A DNA stretch of 64,000 bases from Candidatus Desulfopertinax cowenii (GCA_001899445.1 MPOA01000001.1:148564-212563); one strand, 5' to 3'; positions 17,426 to 27,565 are shown, counted from the stretch's first letter. Program-made: numbers and translations. The notes: generated from the sequence alone by a model not told the origin.

Positions 17426-18580
17426 TTAAGATTTAAGGCTTTCCGTTGGATACCGGGCCCGGGTCAACAGCAAAGCCCCCGCCAAGGCGGTAAGCGGAAC
17501 ACACAGAATCATCCCCATGCTCCCCGCTAGAGCCCGCACCACCTCGGTGGCGATCAGGTCAAGGTTGATAATTTTAAGGAGTGGTGTGTCATAGGCCATG
17601 AAAACCAGGAGCAACGGGATGGCCGCGCCGGTATAGGCCAGAATCAGCGTGTTGGCCATGGTGCCCATGATGTCACGGCCAACGTTCATTCCAGCGCGCA
17701 ACAGGCCCACCGGACCGATGGCCGGATTGGCCTTTTTCACCTCTTCCATGGCCGAAGCCACCGACATCCCGACGTCCATCACCGCCCCCAGCGCGCCAAT
17801 TATAATCCCGGCGAACAATAGTCCTCGAAAATCAAAATCGGTTTCCTGGGGAATATAAAGCAAGGCAGCGGCTTCTTCGCTGCCAAATCCGGTTAACTGG
17901 GCACCCGTTCCGACCAGGTAGGCGATCACACCGGCCACAATCACCCCGCCGACCGTGCCGATGGTGGCGGCCAGCGTCTTAACCCCGAGGCTACCGATAA
18001 CCACGAAGGTCACGACCACGACCACGGCCGAAACCAGCACGGCCAGCACGATGGGGCTGTAACCCTGCAGCATCAGCGGCAACAGGATTCCAGCAATGGC
18101 CAGTCCGGTGATTCCCAGGGTGACCACGGCCTTAACGCCCTTGAGGCCGCCGATGACCACCAGGGCCAGGACGAAGCCGCCGGCCAGGTAAACCAGGTGC
18201 TGATCCCGGGCATAGTCGGACAGGTAAGCATTGACGAGTCTGCCATCTGCCACTTCGGCCCAGACCAGGACGTTGTCCCCCGGCTCGAGGTGCAGGTCGT
18301 AGGCCGGGTGCCCGGTGTGGGCATCCTCCAATTCGAGGATCTGCCCCTTGAACGGTCCCCCGGTCACCTCGACGGTGAGCAGCTGACGTTCCATGGCGAA
18401 ACCGGGCGCTAGGGCCTCCTCGGCTTCGACTCTTTCCACGGTCAACACCCGGGCCCGGAACACCTCCTCGTCCAACTCTCCTTCCCCGGCCCGGGCTTCG
18501 CCCACCACTGCCAACCCAAACGCGGTGACAACCGTGACGAGGATGATGAGCCACATCACGCCCTTCTTGTTCACCGACAT
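17426..18580 (-). CDS. YibE/F-family membrane protein
   Basis: Has an N-terminal signal anchor plus an extracytoplasmic domain, then about 7 TM segments with the GAVMDVGMSVASAMEE motif typical of the YibE/F family. Confidence 0.75.
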   Translation of the reverse strand: MSVNKKGVMWLIILVTVVTAFGLAVVGEARAGEGELDEEVFRARVLTVERVEAEEALAPGFAMERQLLTVEVTGGPFKGQILELEDAHTGHPAYDLHLEPGDNVLVWAEVADGRLVNAYLSDYARDQHLVYLAGGFVLALVVIGGLKGVKAVVTLGITGLAIAGILLPLMLQGYSPIVLAVLVSAVVVVVTFVVIGSLGVKTLAATIGTVGGVIVAGVIAYLVGTGAQLTGFGSEEAAALLYIPQETDFDFRGLLFAGIIIGALGAVMDVGMSVASAMEEVKKANPAIGPVGLLRAGMNVGRDIMGTMANTLILAYTGAAIPLLLVFMAYDTPLLKIINLDLIATEVVRALAGSMGMILCVPLTALAGALLLTRARYPTESLKS

Positions 18581-18604
18581 TTGTTCTCCTCCTTAAAATC
18601 GGTT

Positions 18605-19774
18605 TCAAGAACACAGTCCCGACTCCCGGATCCGCCGGACGGCCTCTTCCAGGCGGCGATCGGCGCCCACCAGGGCAATCCGAACGTAACCCTCGCCGCG
18701 CGGCCCGAAGGCGACCCCGGGAACGACCAGTACCCCAGTGTGCCGGGCCAGCTCCCCGACGAATTCCCGGGATGATTCGTGCCCCGGAGGCAGAGGCGCC
18801 CAGATGAACATGGAGGCCCTAGGCACCGGCACCTCCCAGCCAGCCTCCCGCAGTCCCCGGACCAGGATGTCCCGGCGGCGCTGGTAAACCGCGGCCGCTT
18901 TGTGCACAGTGTCCTGTGGGCCGGTCAGCGCGGCAATCCCAGCCCTCTGCACAGCCAGGAATACCCCGAAGTCAATGTTGGATTTGAGCACCCGGAGCGC
19001 GTCCAACACCGCGGCATTGCCCACCATAAACCCCAGGCGGCAGCCGGCCAGGTTATAACTCTTGGACACCGAGTGCAACTCGACACCCACTTCCTTGGCA
19101 CCAGGAGCCTGCAGAAAACTGGGCGGCTGGTAGCCATCGTAGGCCAACTCGGAATAAGCGATATCGTGCACCACCACGATCCGATACTCCCGGGCGAACC
19201 CGACCACCGCGCGGAAGAACTCCAGATCGGCGGTAGCCGCCACCGGATTGTTCGGATAGTTCAACAGCATCACCCGGGCGCGCCGGGCCACGTCCGCGGG
19301 TATCGCCTGCAAGTCGGGCAAGAAGCTGTTTTCAGGCAACAGCGGCAACGGGAAGATTTCCCCCTCGGCCAGCACTGCGCCCGCGCGGTAAATGGGATAG
19401 CCCGGGTCAGGAACCAAAACGGTATCGCCCGGATTGACCAGGGCTAGATACAGGTGGGCCAGACCGTCCTGGGACCCCATCAGGGACAAGACTTCTCTCT
19501 CGGGGTCGAGGTCCACCCCGAAACGGCTACGGTACCAATCGGCTACCGCCTGTTTGAACTCCGGCAGTCCCTCGGTCAGGGCGTAGCGGTAAATACCCGG
19601 CTCGTCCAGGGCGGCCGCTAGAGCCTGTTTGATATGGGGTGCCGGCGGCAGGTCCGGGCTGCCCACGCTCAGGTTGATGATGTCCACGCCGCCGGCTCGC
19701 AATTCTCGGCCCAAATCGTCCAGCTCGGAAAAAATTGCCGAGGTCAGGTTTCGAATACGCCGTGCTGGCTCCAT
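18605..19774 (-). CDS. PLP-dependent aminotransferase, class I/II (LL-DAP/aspartate aminotransferase-like)
   Basis: Carries the NYPNNP and SVSKSYNLAGCRLG (PLP lysine) motifs over 389 aa. Confidence 0.85.
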   Translation of the reverse strand: MEPARRIRNLTSAIFSELDDLGRELRAGGVDIINLSVGSPDLPPAPHIKQALAAALDEPGIYRYALTEGLPEFKQAVADWYRSRFGVDLDPEREVLSLMGSQDGLAHLYLALVNPGDTVLVPDPGYPIYRAGAVLAEGEIFPLPLLPENSFLPDLQAIPADVARRARVMLLNYPNNPVAATADLEFFRAVVGFAREYRIVVVHDIAYSELAYDGYQPPSFLQAPGAKEVGVELHSVSKSYNLAGCRLGFMVGNAAVLDALRVLKSNIDFGVFLAVQRAGIAALTGPQDTVHKAAAVYQRRRDILVRGLREAGWEVPVPRASMFIWAPLPPGHESSREFVGELARHTGVLVVPGVAFGPRGEGYVRIALVGADRRLEEAVRRIRESGLCS

Positions 19775-19849
19775 CTACGCCCTTCCCCCTCTGCGCCAAA
19801 TATTTTTAGTAGGTTCCGGCACCGGGGATGAAAGCTGCTGCAAGTCGCT

Positions 19850-21121
19850 TCAGCGATTTTCCACCTCTGGTCCGGACTCCGACTTTCGACCCCTGACTTC
19901 TTCCATCCCGGGAGGTTCCGCTTTTTGTCCCCGCCCCACCGAAGCCAGGTATGCCAACAGGCCGGCCAGCGCCGCGCCGGCCGCCACTAGGTACATCCCG
20001 CTGTAGGCGAGAAACTGGGAAAACACCCCGAGCAGCACGGCCCCGCTGCCAACGCCCAGGTCGAAAGCCGTGGCGAAAGAGGCACTGGCCGCGCCCCGGC
20101 GGTTGGGCGGGCAGCGAGCGAAAGCCAGAGCCTGCAACGTCGGATGCGTCGCCCCCAGCCCAAAGCCGCCGAGCACCGCCGCCGCGAGAAAGCCGGTCAG
20201 ATCCGTGGCCAGCGCCAGAACCACGGCGCCCAGGGCGGTGGACAGCAACCCCGGAATCATCACGACCCGGTGACCCCGCCGGTCGTACACCATTCCACAA
20301 AGTGGGCGGACGGCCACCACCGTCAGGGCGAAAGCGGTGAAATACCATCCGGCGTTGGTGATACCGTGCCCGGCGGCGTGCAGGGCAATAAACGTGATCA
20401 CGCCCCCGTAGGTAAAGGTCACAAAAAACAACACCAACGAAGGTCCCAGCGCGGACCGCTCAAAAAGAGCTGGCCGGAGTCCGCCCCCGGCCGGTGCTAC
20501 CCGCGGCAGGCGCACAGCGCCCGCCAACAGCAAGGCGATCACCGAAAGCAGGCCGCAAGCCAAGAACAAAGTAGTGAAACCATAGTGATTGGCAATGAAG
20601 AAACCGGTCGCCGGACCGACCGCCATGCCCAGGTTGGCCCCGAGCCCGAAGTAACCCATTCCCTCCCCGCGCCGGGCCGGGGGAACGATGTCGGCCACCG
20701 CGGCCTGCGAAGCCGTGGTCACCATCCCCCAGCCTCCGCCGTGGATCACCCGCAAGGCCATTAGCAGGGGAACGGTTACCGCCCAGACATAACCAAACAC
20801 TGCCAGGACAAATATGGCCATGCCGACAAGCCACAAGCCCCGGCGCCCATTCCGGTCCAGGCCCAGGCCCGTCCACGGGCGAACGGCCAGGGCGGCCGAC
20901 GTAAATATGCCGTTAATTAACCCGACGACCAGCGGGGTGGCCCCCATCCGGTCCACGTATACCGGGATAGTAGGCATTAACATTTGGAAACTGGTAAATA
21001 TGGTGAGCGTGAACAGGCAAATCAGGCCAAAATCCCGGGTCCAGAGCACAGGACGCGCTGTTTCCGGGGCGGCCGCACCGGCGGCGGTCGGCATAGACGT
21101 AAGCACAGGTTCCACCCACAA
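19850..21121 (-). CDS. MFS transporter
   Basis: Has 12 predicted TM segments and MFS loop motifs (GLGLDRNGRR). Confidence 0.8.
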   Translation of the reverse strand: MWVEPVLTSMPTAAGAAAPETARPVLWTRDFGLICLFTLTIFTSFQMLMPTIPVYVDRMGATPLVVGLINGIFTSAALAVRPWTGLGLDRNGRRGLWLVGMAIFVLAVFGYVWAVTVPLLMALRVIHGGGWGMVTTASQAAVADIVPPARRGEGMGYFGLGANLGMAVGPATGFFIANHYGFTTLFLACGLLSVIALLLAGAVRLPRVAPAGGGLRPALFERSALGPSLVLFFVTFTYGGVITFIALHAAGHGITNAGWYFTAFALTVVAVRPLCGMVYDRRGHRVVMIPGLLSTALGAVVLALATDLTGFLAAAVLGGFGLGATHPTLQALAFARCPPNRRGAASASFATAFDLGVGSGAVLLGVFSQFLAYSGMYLVAAGAALAGLLAYLASVGRGQKAEPPGMEEVRGRKSESGPEVENR

Positions 21122-21304
21122 TTACGCAATTGATAGTTACAGTTCCCGGATCCTGGTTCAAGCAGGTTATTTCTCGTCACATCCCCGTAATACCTGCTCC
21201 CCGGCCCAGGATTGTTATTGACAAACCACGTCAAAACACTGCATAACCCGTTCCCGGGCGAAAGATACTGGGTTAGAACCGATTCTTTCCGGGAGGACGG
21301 AACC

Positions 21305-21673
21305 TTGGCCCACGGACGCGCACTCGCCCTGAAGCTGGGTTACACGACCCTGATTCTTTTCGCCGTGTTCGGTTTCTTCGGCCTGCTGTGGGTGACCAAT
21401 ATCCTGGTCACGGCCGTCATCGTCACCGGCCTCCTGTACGTAATCGGAGACCTCTGGATCCTGCCGAATTTCGGCCGCTGGGTGACCAGCGTAACCGACA
21501 TCCTGTTGACCGGCCTGATCATCTGGGCGACCGAATTGATCCTGGTCGGGTTCGGCCTTTCGGCTGCGGTTATCCTGACCTCAGCCGTACTGATCGGCGT
21601 CGCCGGGCACTTTTTCCACCTGTACGTAGAACAACGAATTCCCGTGGAGCACCTCGACGGTCAAAACAAGTAA
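21305..21673 (+). CDS. Small membrane protein, DUF2512/YndM-like
   Basis: Has three to four TM helices. The start is moved to TTG 21305 (GGGAGGA 7 nt upstream), because the listed start at 21212 lies inside a TTGACA -35-like hexamer. Confidence 0.5.
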   Translation: MAHGRALALKLGYTTLILFAVFGFFGLLWVTNILVTAVIVTGLLYVIGDLWILPNFGRWVTSVTDILLTGLIIWATELILVGFGLSAAVILTSAVLIGVAGHFFHLYVEQRIPVEHLDGQNK

Positions 21674-21801
21674 TCGTAAGATACCTCGCAAACAAGAAAG
21701 CCCGCCGCGGATAATCGGCGAGCCTGGCCACTGAAGTCCCCAGAAACTACTTTTTTCCAGTGCTAGCAAATGGTAATATACTGGCATAAATTCCTAAAGG
21801 A

Positions 21802-22098
21802 GTGAGGAAAATCAAGAAGCTCTTTTCTAGGAACACGCTAGTACTGGTATTGGCCTTCCTGGGAGGCGGAATTGTCGAAAACCAACTTCGGGTCTGGTCG
21901 GCCCTGACCGACAGTCTGGACGAACTGATTCGCCTTTTTGCGTTCCAGGTCTCGATTTTCTGGGCCCTGGCTTTCGCGGTAGCTGGTGCCTTCCTGATGT
22001 TGGTAGCTTCCAGGATTCCCCGGGGACAAAGGGCGGCCGCCACACCCCGAAACTCCCGCCTGGCCAGCCGGGTGGGCAAGCAGCAGCGGTCGGACTAG
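21802..22098 (+). CDS. Hypothetical small membrane protein
   Basis: Has two hydrophobic helices and a basic C-terminus. The start codon is uncertain and I recognise no homology. Confidence 0.3.
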   Translation: MRKIKKLFSRNTLVLVLAFLGGGIVENQLRVWSALTDSLDELIRLFAFQVSIFWALAFAVAGAFLMLVASRIPRGQRAAATPRNSRLASRVGKQQRSD

Positions 22099-22224
22099 CA
22101 CGTAAAGCAGAACACCGCTGCTTACTTAAAGCGCAAAAACGGCAAAAACCATCGCGCCGGGCGGCTTCTGCCTGGTTTCACCGCTGCTACAGGCAACGGC
22201 GCCCGGAATCCACCAGCACCGCGA

Positions 22225-23409
22225 TCACGAACCGGTATGTGCCGAGGCTGGCAGTCGCAGCCGTTCCACTTCTCGGGGCAGCACTTCAAGCACCCGCTCA
22301 ATTTCTTCCATGGTGGTACCCCGGCCCAAGCTGAACCGCACACAGCTATAGGCCCGCCGGTGGTTAAGGCCCATCGCCGTAAGTACGTGCGAAGGCTCTG
22401 ACTGACCGGAACTACAGGCCGAACCGGTGGAAACGGCAATCCCCCTGCGGTCCAGGTTCCGGGCCAACACCCTGCCGTCGACCCCGTCAAAGCCCAGGTG
22501 TAGGTTCCCCGGCAGCCGTTCCACCGGATGACCATTTAACCAGACCCCGTCCACGCTCTCCATAATCCCGCGCAGCAACCGGTCCCGTAACCACGCAACT
22601 TGCTGTGCAGACTCCGGCCCTTCCTCACTGATCAGGCGGACCACCCGGGCAAAGCCAATAATGGCGGCCACGTCCTTGGTACCAGCCCGTCGCCGGACAT
22701 CTTGCTGGCCCCCATTCATTATAGGTTCCAGCCGTACCCCCCGCCGGACGTAGAGTGCGCCCACTCCCTTGGGTCCGTGTATCTTGTGGGCTGAGAGTGA
22801 TACCAGGTCGGCGCCCAGTTCCCGGACCGCCAGGTGCAAGTGCCCTACCGTCTGGACTGCATCCACATGGAAACATACGCCGTGGCGCCGGGTAATCCGG
22901 GCGATTTCAGCCACGGGCTGAATAGTGCCTACCTCGTTGTTGGCGTGCATCACCGAAACCAGCACGGTGCGCGGCGTAAGCGCCCTTGCCACGTCCTTTG
23001 GGTCCACCCGGCCCTCGCGGTCCACCGGCAAGACGGTGACTTTAAAACCTTCCCGCGCCAGGAACCGTACGGACTCCAGCACGGAGTGGTGTTCCACCGC
23101 GGAGGTGACGATATGGTTACCCCGATAGCGGTTGGCGTACGCAAAACCCTTAATGGCCAGGTTATTAGCCTCGGTCCCCCCGCTGGTAAAAACGATTTCC
23201 CCCGGGCGGGCGCCGATAAACCCAGCCACCGCGCGGCGGGCTTCTTCCAGGGCGGCACGGGCCTCTTGCCCAAAGGAATGGTCGCTCGACGGATTACCGA
23301 AAACCTCACTGAAATAAGGCTGCATCGCCGTCACTACCTCCGGTAGCACCGGGGTGGTTGCCGCGTGGTCCAGGTAAACCCGTTTCGGGGCTGTGCCGGA
23401 CATTCTCAT
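22225..23409 (-). CDS. nifS: Cysteine desulfurase (NifS/IscS class V aminotransferase)
   Basis: Contains the SAHKIHGPKG PLP-lysine motif, the catalytic loop SSGSACSS and the N-terminal YLDHAATTP. Confidence 0.92.
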   Translation of the reverse strand: MRMSGTAPKRVYLDHAATTPVLPEVVTAMQPYFSEVFGNPSSDHSFGQEARAALEEARRAVAGFIGARPGEIVFTSGGTEANNLAIKGFAYANRYRGNHIVTSAVEHHSVLESVRFLAREGFKVTVLPVDREGRVDPKDVARALTPRTVLVSVMHANNEVGTIQPVAEIARITRRHGVCFHVDAVQTVGHLHLAVRELGADLVSLSAHKIHGPKGVGALYVRRGVRLEPIMNGGQQDVRRRAGTKDVAAIIGFARVVRLISEEGPESAQQVAWLRDRLLRGIMESVDGVWLNGHPVERLPGNLHLGFDGVDGRVLARNLDRRGIAVSTGSACSSGQSEPSHVLTAMGLNHRRAYSCVRFSLGRGTTMEEIERVLEVLPREVERLRLPASAHTGS

Positions 23410-23530
23410 CCCTCCTGATCTCCTGATATTGTCGGCGAACGATTGGCCGCCCCGATTCCCAAGTTTTTAATAGGCCCTAAACCAGTATACGGTGGCCCAA
23501 TCCAAACGGGTCGCCCGCACCGGGTGGCAA

Positions 23531-23566
23531 TAAAAAGAAAAACCGGCGGTTTTTAGTTCCCGCCGG
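23531..23566 (-). terminator. Rho-independent terminator after the 103-aa ORF
   Basis: On the minus strand, CCGGCGG-gaactaaaaa-CCGCCGG is followed by TTTTTCTTTTTATT. Confidence 0.7.
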
Positions 23567-23582
23567 CTTTGTCGGCCGTCAG

Positions 23583-23894
23583 TCAGTTAACCATCTTTTT
23601 CCCGGGAGAGATCGCCCAGTGATACCGCTTCTGCTTCTGCCTTTGCTTGCGCTTCCAGTGGGTGCGGGGCCGGACGGCCGGAACCTCTTTCGTGGAGGAA
23701 AGCTGCAAAATCCCACGCTTGGCCAGCAGCGGATTCACACCCTGGGTCTCACAAATCATCTCGAACAGGGGCGTGCGCAGAAAGCCCACGGCCGAAACGT
23801 AATGTGCCTTATTGGCACCGCGCGGGCCACCGCGGATATCTCGCACCACTTCTCTGAGAATGGCCGATCCCAGCCGGACATACGCCTCCGTCAT
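23583..23894 (-). CDS. Hypothetical protein with a strongly basic C-terminal tail (RPRTHWKRKQRQKQKRYHW)
   Basis: Has a good RBS (AAGGGGGA, 3-4 nt spacer). It lies between the Rrf2 regulator and nifS. I cannot name a family with confidence. Confidence 0.55.
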   Translation of the reverse strand: MTEAYVRLGSAILREVVRDIRGGPRGANKAHYVSAVGFLRTPLFEMICETQGVNPLLAKRGILQLSSTKEVPAVRPRTHWKRKQRQKQKRYHWAISPGKKMVN

Positions 23895-23950
23895 TTATCC
23901 CCCTTCTTTCTTCTAACAGCTCATCCAGTTGTCCCCGAAACGGCAGTGTA

Positions 23951-24361
23951 TCAGCAATTCCTCTTATGGATCAGGTCAGCCAACGTTGTGGACACCAACA
24001 CGCTCTCGACGGATTTCGAAACCCGCCGCCAGAAATCACGCACGCCGCACTCCCCAGACCGCGTACAGGTATCTGGATCTCTCACGCACTCCACGACTTC
24101 GGTTTCCCAACCAAGGGTGGCAACCACCTGCGCCATATTGATCTCGCCTGGATCCCGGGTCAGGAGGAAACCGCCACGCGCGCCTCGAACACTGCGCACG
24201 AAACCGGCTGCCTTAAGCAGCAAAATCAGTTGTTCGAGATACGGCTGGGAAACACCCTGCCTGCGAGCGATATCCTTCAAGCAAACCGGACCGTCATCGC
24301 AGTTTTCGGCGATATCCAGGAGTGCCCTGGTACCGTAACGAACGCGTGTTGAAATCCTCAT
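23951..24361 (-). CDS. Rrf2-family transcriptional regulator (IscR/CymR-like, three-Cys cluster motif)
   Basis: Has the N-terminal MRISTRVRYGTRALLDIA wHTH and the C-terminal CVRDPDTCTRSGEC motif. Confidence 0.9.
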   Translation of the reverse strand: MRISTRVRYGTRALLDIAENCDDGPVCLKDIARRQGVSQPYLEQLILLLKAAGFVRSVRGARGGFLLTRDPGEINMAQVVATLGWETEVVECVRDPDTCTRSGECGVRDFWRRVSKSVESVLVSTTLADLIHKRNC

Positions 24362-24527
24362 ATATCCATCCTGTCTCCCTCCGTTAACTGCTGATAAGCA
24401 GACGACAAAAACCTAAAAAACATAAATAATTAGTATTATACTTAAGATTATAGCACTCCAGTTAGGTAGCGTCAAACCCAAAATTGCATATGACCAAAAC
24501 AGTGCGAAACCAGAAACTAATTGGTGC

Positions 24528-24722
24528 TCATCCTTTTTTCAACCGGTCAAGAATCCGGTTAAGCACGAAAGTCAGGACTAAGTTTAACACGCCGACCACC
24601 AGAAACACCAGGGCGATCAGTTCCAGGATGCGGTTCCCATAAGATATGTTGTAAAACAGGGCCGCCGCCATCAGAAAAAGAACCCCAGTGGCAAACCGCA
24701 AGATAAGCTGTACCGTTGACAT
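24528..24722 (-). CDS. Hypothetical 64-aa two-TM membrane protein
   Basis: The internal ATG has a strong RBS (GAAGGAGG, 7 nt spacer). The upstream part of the 150-aa ORF looks non-coding. Confidence 0.45.
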   Translation of the reverse strand: MSTVQLILRFATGVLFLMAAALFYNISYGNRILELIALVFLVVGVLNLVLTFVLNRILDRLKKG

Positions 24723-24741
24723 TTCGCGACCTCCTTCCCCC

Positions 24742-24773
24742 ATTGTACAACCCAAATATTGTACAACCCAAAT
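24742..24773. repeat. Perfect tandem duplication of a 16-bp unit ATTGTACAACCCAAAT; each unit contains the 8-bp palindrome TTGTACAA
   Basis: Read directly from the sequence: 24742-24757 equals 24758-24773. It lies about 10 bp upstream of the RBS (about 20 bp upstream of the ATG) of the 64-aa membrane protein. On the minus strand each unit carries TACAAT. Confidence 0.9.
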
Positions 24774-25017
24774 AAGGATATTATAAATCTTTTCGCCCGG
24801 ATTTGTTACGAACGGCAGGAAATCGGCGATCGGCAATCGGCCCTGGAACTGGACACGCCCATCCACCTCCGGTAACAGCGGCAGCCCAGTACCTACTGGA
24901 TCATACCGGGCGGGTAATCGGAGGCGTGTTTGGGAGTTTTTCCGCCGGCGGTGAAACCCGAGGCCTCGCCCTGCCGGCAAACTCTGGGCGAGATTACGCG
25001 GTTAAGTACCGGTGGCC

Positions 25018-27045
25018 CTACCCGGCTGTCGCCGACGCCGTTTCGGCCGGTTTGGAGCGGCGGCGAATCCGTAGCTTGTGCAGCAGCAGCACCAGCAGGA
25101 TCAGGCCGATCCCGATCGCGTCGGTGTACCAGGATACATGCACCAGCACCATGGAGGCAGCGAAGAGCATCAACCGTTCCCAGATCCGATGGTAAGTCAA
25201 CAGGTAATTTTGGATGGCCGAGGTCAGGGCCAGGATTCCCAGCAGTGCGGCCGCAATGGCGTGCAGCACGCCGAGCCAGTCGGTGTCGATCAATAGCAGC
25301 GCGGAATTAGTGGCGAAGATGTACGGCAGCAGCAACGCGCCGCAGTCGTATTTAAATCCGGTGATCCCGGTCTGTATCGGGTTTGCCCCGGCGAGCCCGG
25401 CCGTGGCGTAGGCCGGCAGGTTGATCGGCGGCGTATCGTCAGCCAGAATCCCAAAATAAAATACAAACAGATGGGCCGCCAGCAAGGGTACCCCGACGTG
25501 CACCAGAGCCGGCGCGGTGATAGCCGCCAGAATGATGTAGGTGCCGGTGGTGGGCAAACCCATCCCGAGGATCATCGAGCCGAGCATGGTAAAGATCAGG
25601 GTGAGCCACAAATGCCCCCCGGCCGCCTGGACGATAATGCTCGATAACTTCAGTCCGAGCCCGCTCAAAGTGATGATGCCGATGATGATTCCAGCGGTGG
25701 CACAGGCCAGCGCCACGCCCACACAGTTCCGGGCGCCGATTTCGAGGGCCTGTACACCCAACCGCACGGCGGTCTTGAGGGCCGGCACCAGCAGGGCACG
25801 CCAGTTTTCCCGCACTTCCTTGTGGGCCAGTTTCAGGAGATTCGCGAGAATTGCCAGCCCGATGGTAAACAAGATCGTGTAGTACCCGGCCTTGAGGGGC
25901 GTGAAACCGATTACCATCATATAGATCAAGACGAAGAAGGGCAGAAGCAAGTACCCCCGCTCCAGCAGAATCCGCTTTACGGGAGGCAGTTCTTCCCGGG
26001 GCAGTCCCTTAATCCCCGCTTTCACCGCTTCAAGGTGCACCATGAACAAAATGGCGCAATAGCTTAGGATACAGGGAATGGCAGCCGCCTTGATGATTTC
26101 TAGGTACGGAATACCGGTGTATTCGACCATAATGAACGCCGCCGCCCCCATAATCGGCGGCATCAACTGGCCGCTTGACGAGGCGGCGACCTCCACACCG
26201 CCCGCCACGTGGGGCTTAAACCCCACCCTTTTCATCAGCGGGATAGTAAAAGTGCCGGTGGTGACCGCGTTGGCCACCGAACTGCCGGAAATCGAACCCA
26301 CCATCCCACTGGCCACCACGGCTGCTTTGGCCGGACCACCCCGCATCCACCCAAATAGGCCCAGGGCCAGTTCAATAAACATCCGCCCCGCACCCGTGAC
26401 CTGCAGAAAGGCACCGAACAGAATAAAGATCATGATATACGTAGCCGACACGCCCAGGGGAATACCAAAGATACCTTCGGTACCCAGGTACAGGTGGTCA
26501 ATGATCCGGGGCAAATCGGCGCCCCGGTGCGCAAACGGGCCCGGCATGTAGGGGCCGTAATAACCGTAAAGCAGGAACGCAACGGCCAGGATCACCAGGG
26601 GTTTCCCCACCACCCGCCTAGTCGCCTCCAGAACCAGTAAAATACAGATCCCCCCGACCACCAGGTCAATAGTGGTCGGCTTCCCGCCGCGGAGCATCAG
26701 CTCGTAGTAGTTGACAAAGATGTACAGGGTGGACGCCGCGGCCACCAGGGCCAGGAATAAATCGTAAACGGGGATGGTCTGCTGCCGCGGCCGTCGGGCG
26801 AAGGAAAAAGCCAGGAACGCCAGCACCAGGGCAAAGGCCAGGTGTAAACTCCGCTGCTTCATGGCCTCGGGCATGCCGAAACCGGCAGTATAAAGGTGGA
26901 AAAGAGACATGGCCACACAGACCGCGAAAATCAGCAGCGCGAAAATGCCACTGACCGACCGGCTGGAAGCCCCCACCGTTTCCTGGATCGCTTTAACTTT
27001 GATCCGGCGCTTGTCGGAGTTCTCCAGACCATGGCCGCCCGCCAT
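25018..27045 (-). CDS. TRAP transporter fused permease (TAXI-type, DctQM-like fusion)
   Basis: A 675-aa polytopic protein sitting downstream of a TAXI receptor and a DUF1850 gene. Confidence 0.88.
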   Translation of the reverse strand: MAGGHGLENSDKRRIKVKAIQETVGASSRSVSGIFALLIFAVCVAMSLFHLYTAGFGMPEAMKQRSLHLAFALVLAFLAFSFARRPRQQTIPVYDLFLALVAAASTLYIFVNYYELMLRGGKPTTIDLVVGGICILLVLEATRRVVGKPLVILAVAFLLYGYYGPYMPGPFAHRGADLPRIIDHLYLGTEGIFGIPLGVSATYIMIFILFGAFLQVTGAGRMFIELALGLFGWMRGGPAKAAVVASGMVGSISGSSVANAVTTGTFTIPLMKRVGFKPHVAGGVEVAASSSGQLMPPIMGAAAFIMVEYTGIPYLEIIKAAAIPCILSYCAILFMVHLEAVKAGIKGLPREELPPVKRILLERGYLLLPFFVLIYMMVIGFTPLKAGYYTILFTIGLAILANLLKLAHKEVRENWRALLVPALKTAVRLGVQALEIGARNCVGVALACATAGIIIGIITLSGLGLKLSSIIVQAAGGHLWLTLIFTMLGSMILGMGLPTTGTYIILAAITAPALVHVGVPLLAAHLFVFYFGILADDTPPINLPAYATAGLAGANPIQTGITGFKYDCGALLLPYIFATNSALLLIDTDWLGVLHAIAAALLGILALTSAIQNYLLTYHRIWERLMLFAASMVLVHVSWYTDAIGIGLILLVLLLHKLRIRRRSKPAETASATAG

Positions 27046-27562
27046 TTATCCCCCTCCAGAACGCAAATCTGTTTATCCCGACCACCCGTACCTCCAGCAA
27101 CCGCCCGTCCAGTTCGGGCCGGTCCAGGTTCAGGCGGTGGTTTTCGAATTCAAGGGCACACTCCGACAGGGCGGTGGGTTTAAGCCGCAGCACCTCCACC
27201 GGCCGTTCCAGGTCAGTCAGGATAAAGGTACCGTTTCCGGTGACGAAACGGCCTTCCGCCCCGTACGGCAGACCAGCACCAAAGGAGCTGAATTCAGTCT
27301 CCGTGAGTAAAATCCGGTAATCCTCCCCAATCCGGTAACGTTCGCAAACCACGGTCTGTTCCACCGAATGCACGTAGCGGTAAGTAAAAACTTCTCCGGG
27401 ATGTACCTGCCTGCGGTACAAGCAGCCGCCTTCCGGTTGTTGCACCTCGAGGAAGTGCACGGGTTCAAGCCCGTAAGCGAGGCCCCATAAGGCCAGGATC
27501 CCGGCGAGAAAAAGGGACAAGGCACCCCAGCTGGATGCCCGCCCCTTCTTGTCACCGGCCAT
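26993..27562 (-). CDS. DUF1850 domain protein (TAXI-TRAP associated)
   Basis: About 180 aa with an N-terminal TM helix. It occupies the position between the TAXI receptor and the fused permease, as is typical for this family. Confidence 0.7.
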   Translation of the reverse strand: MAGDKKGRASSWGALSLFLAGILALWGLAYGLEPVHFLEVQQPEGGCLYRRQVHPGEVFTYRYVHSVEQTVVCERYRIGEDYRILLTETEFSSFGAGLPYGAEGRFVTGNGTFILTDLERPVEVLRLKPTALSECALEFENHRLNLDRPELDGRLLEVRVVGINRFAFWRGINGGRPWSGELRQAPDQS

Positions 27563-27565
27563 GGG

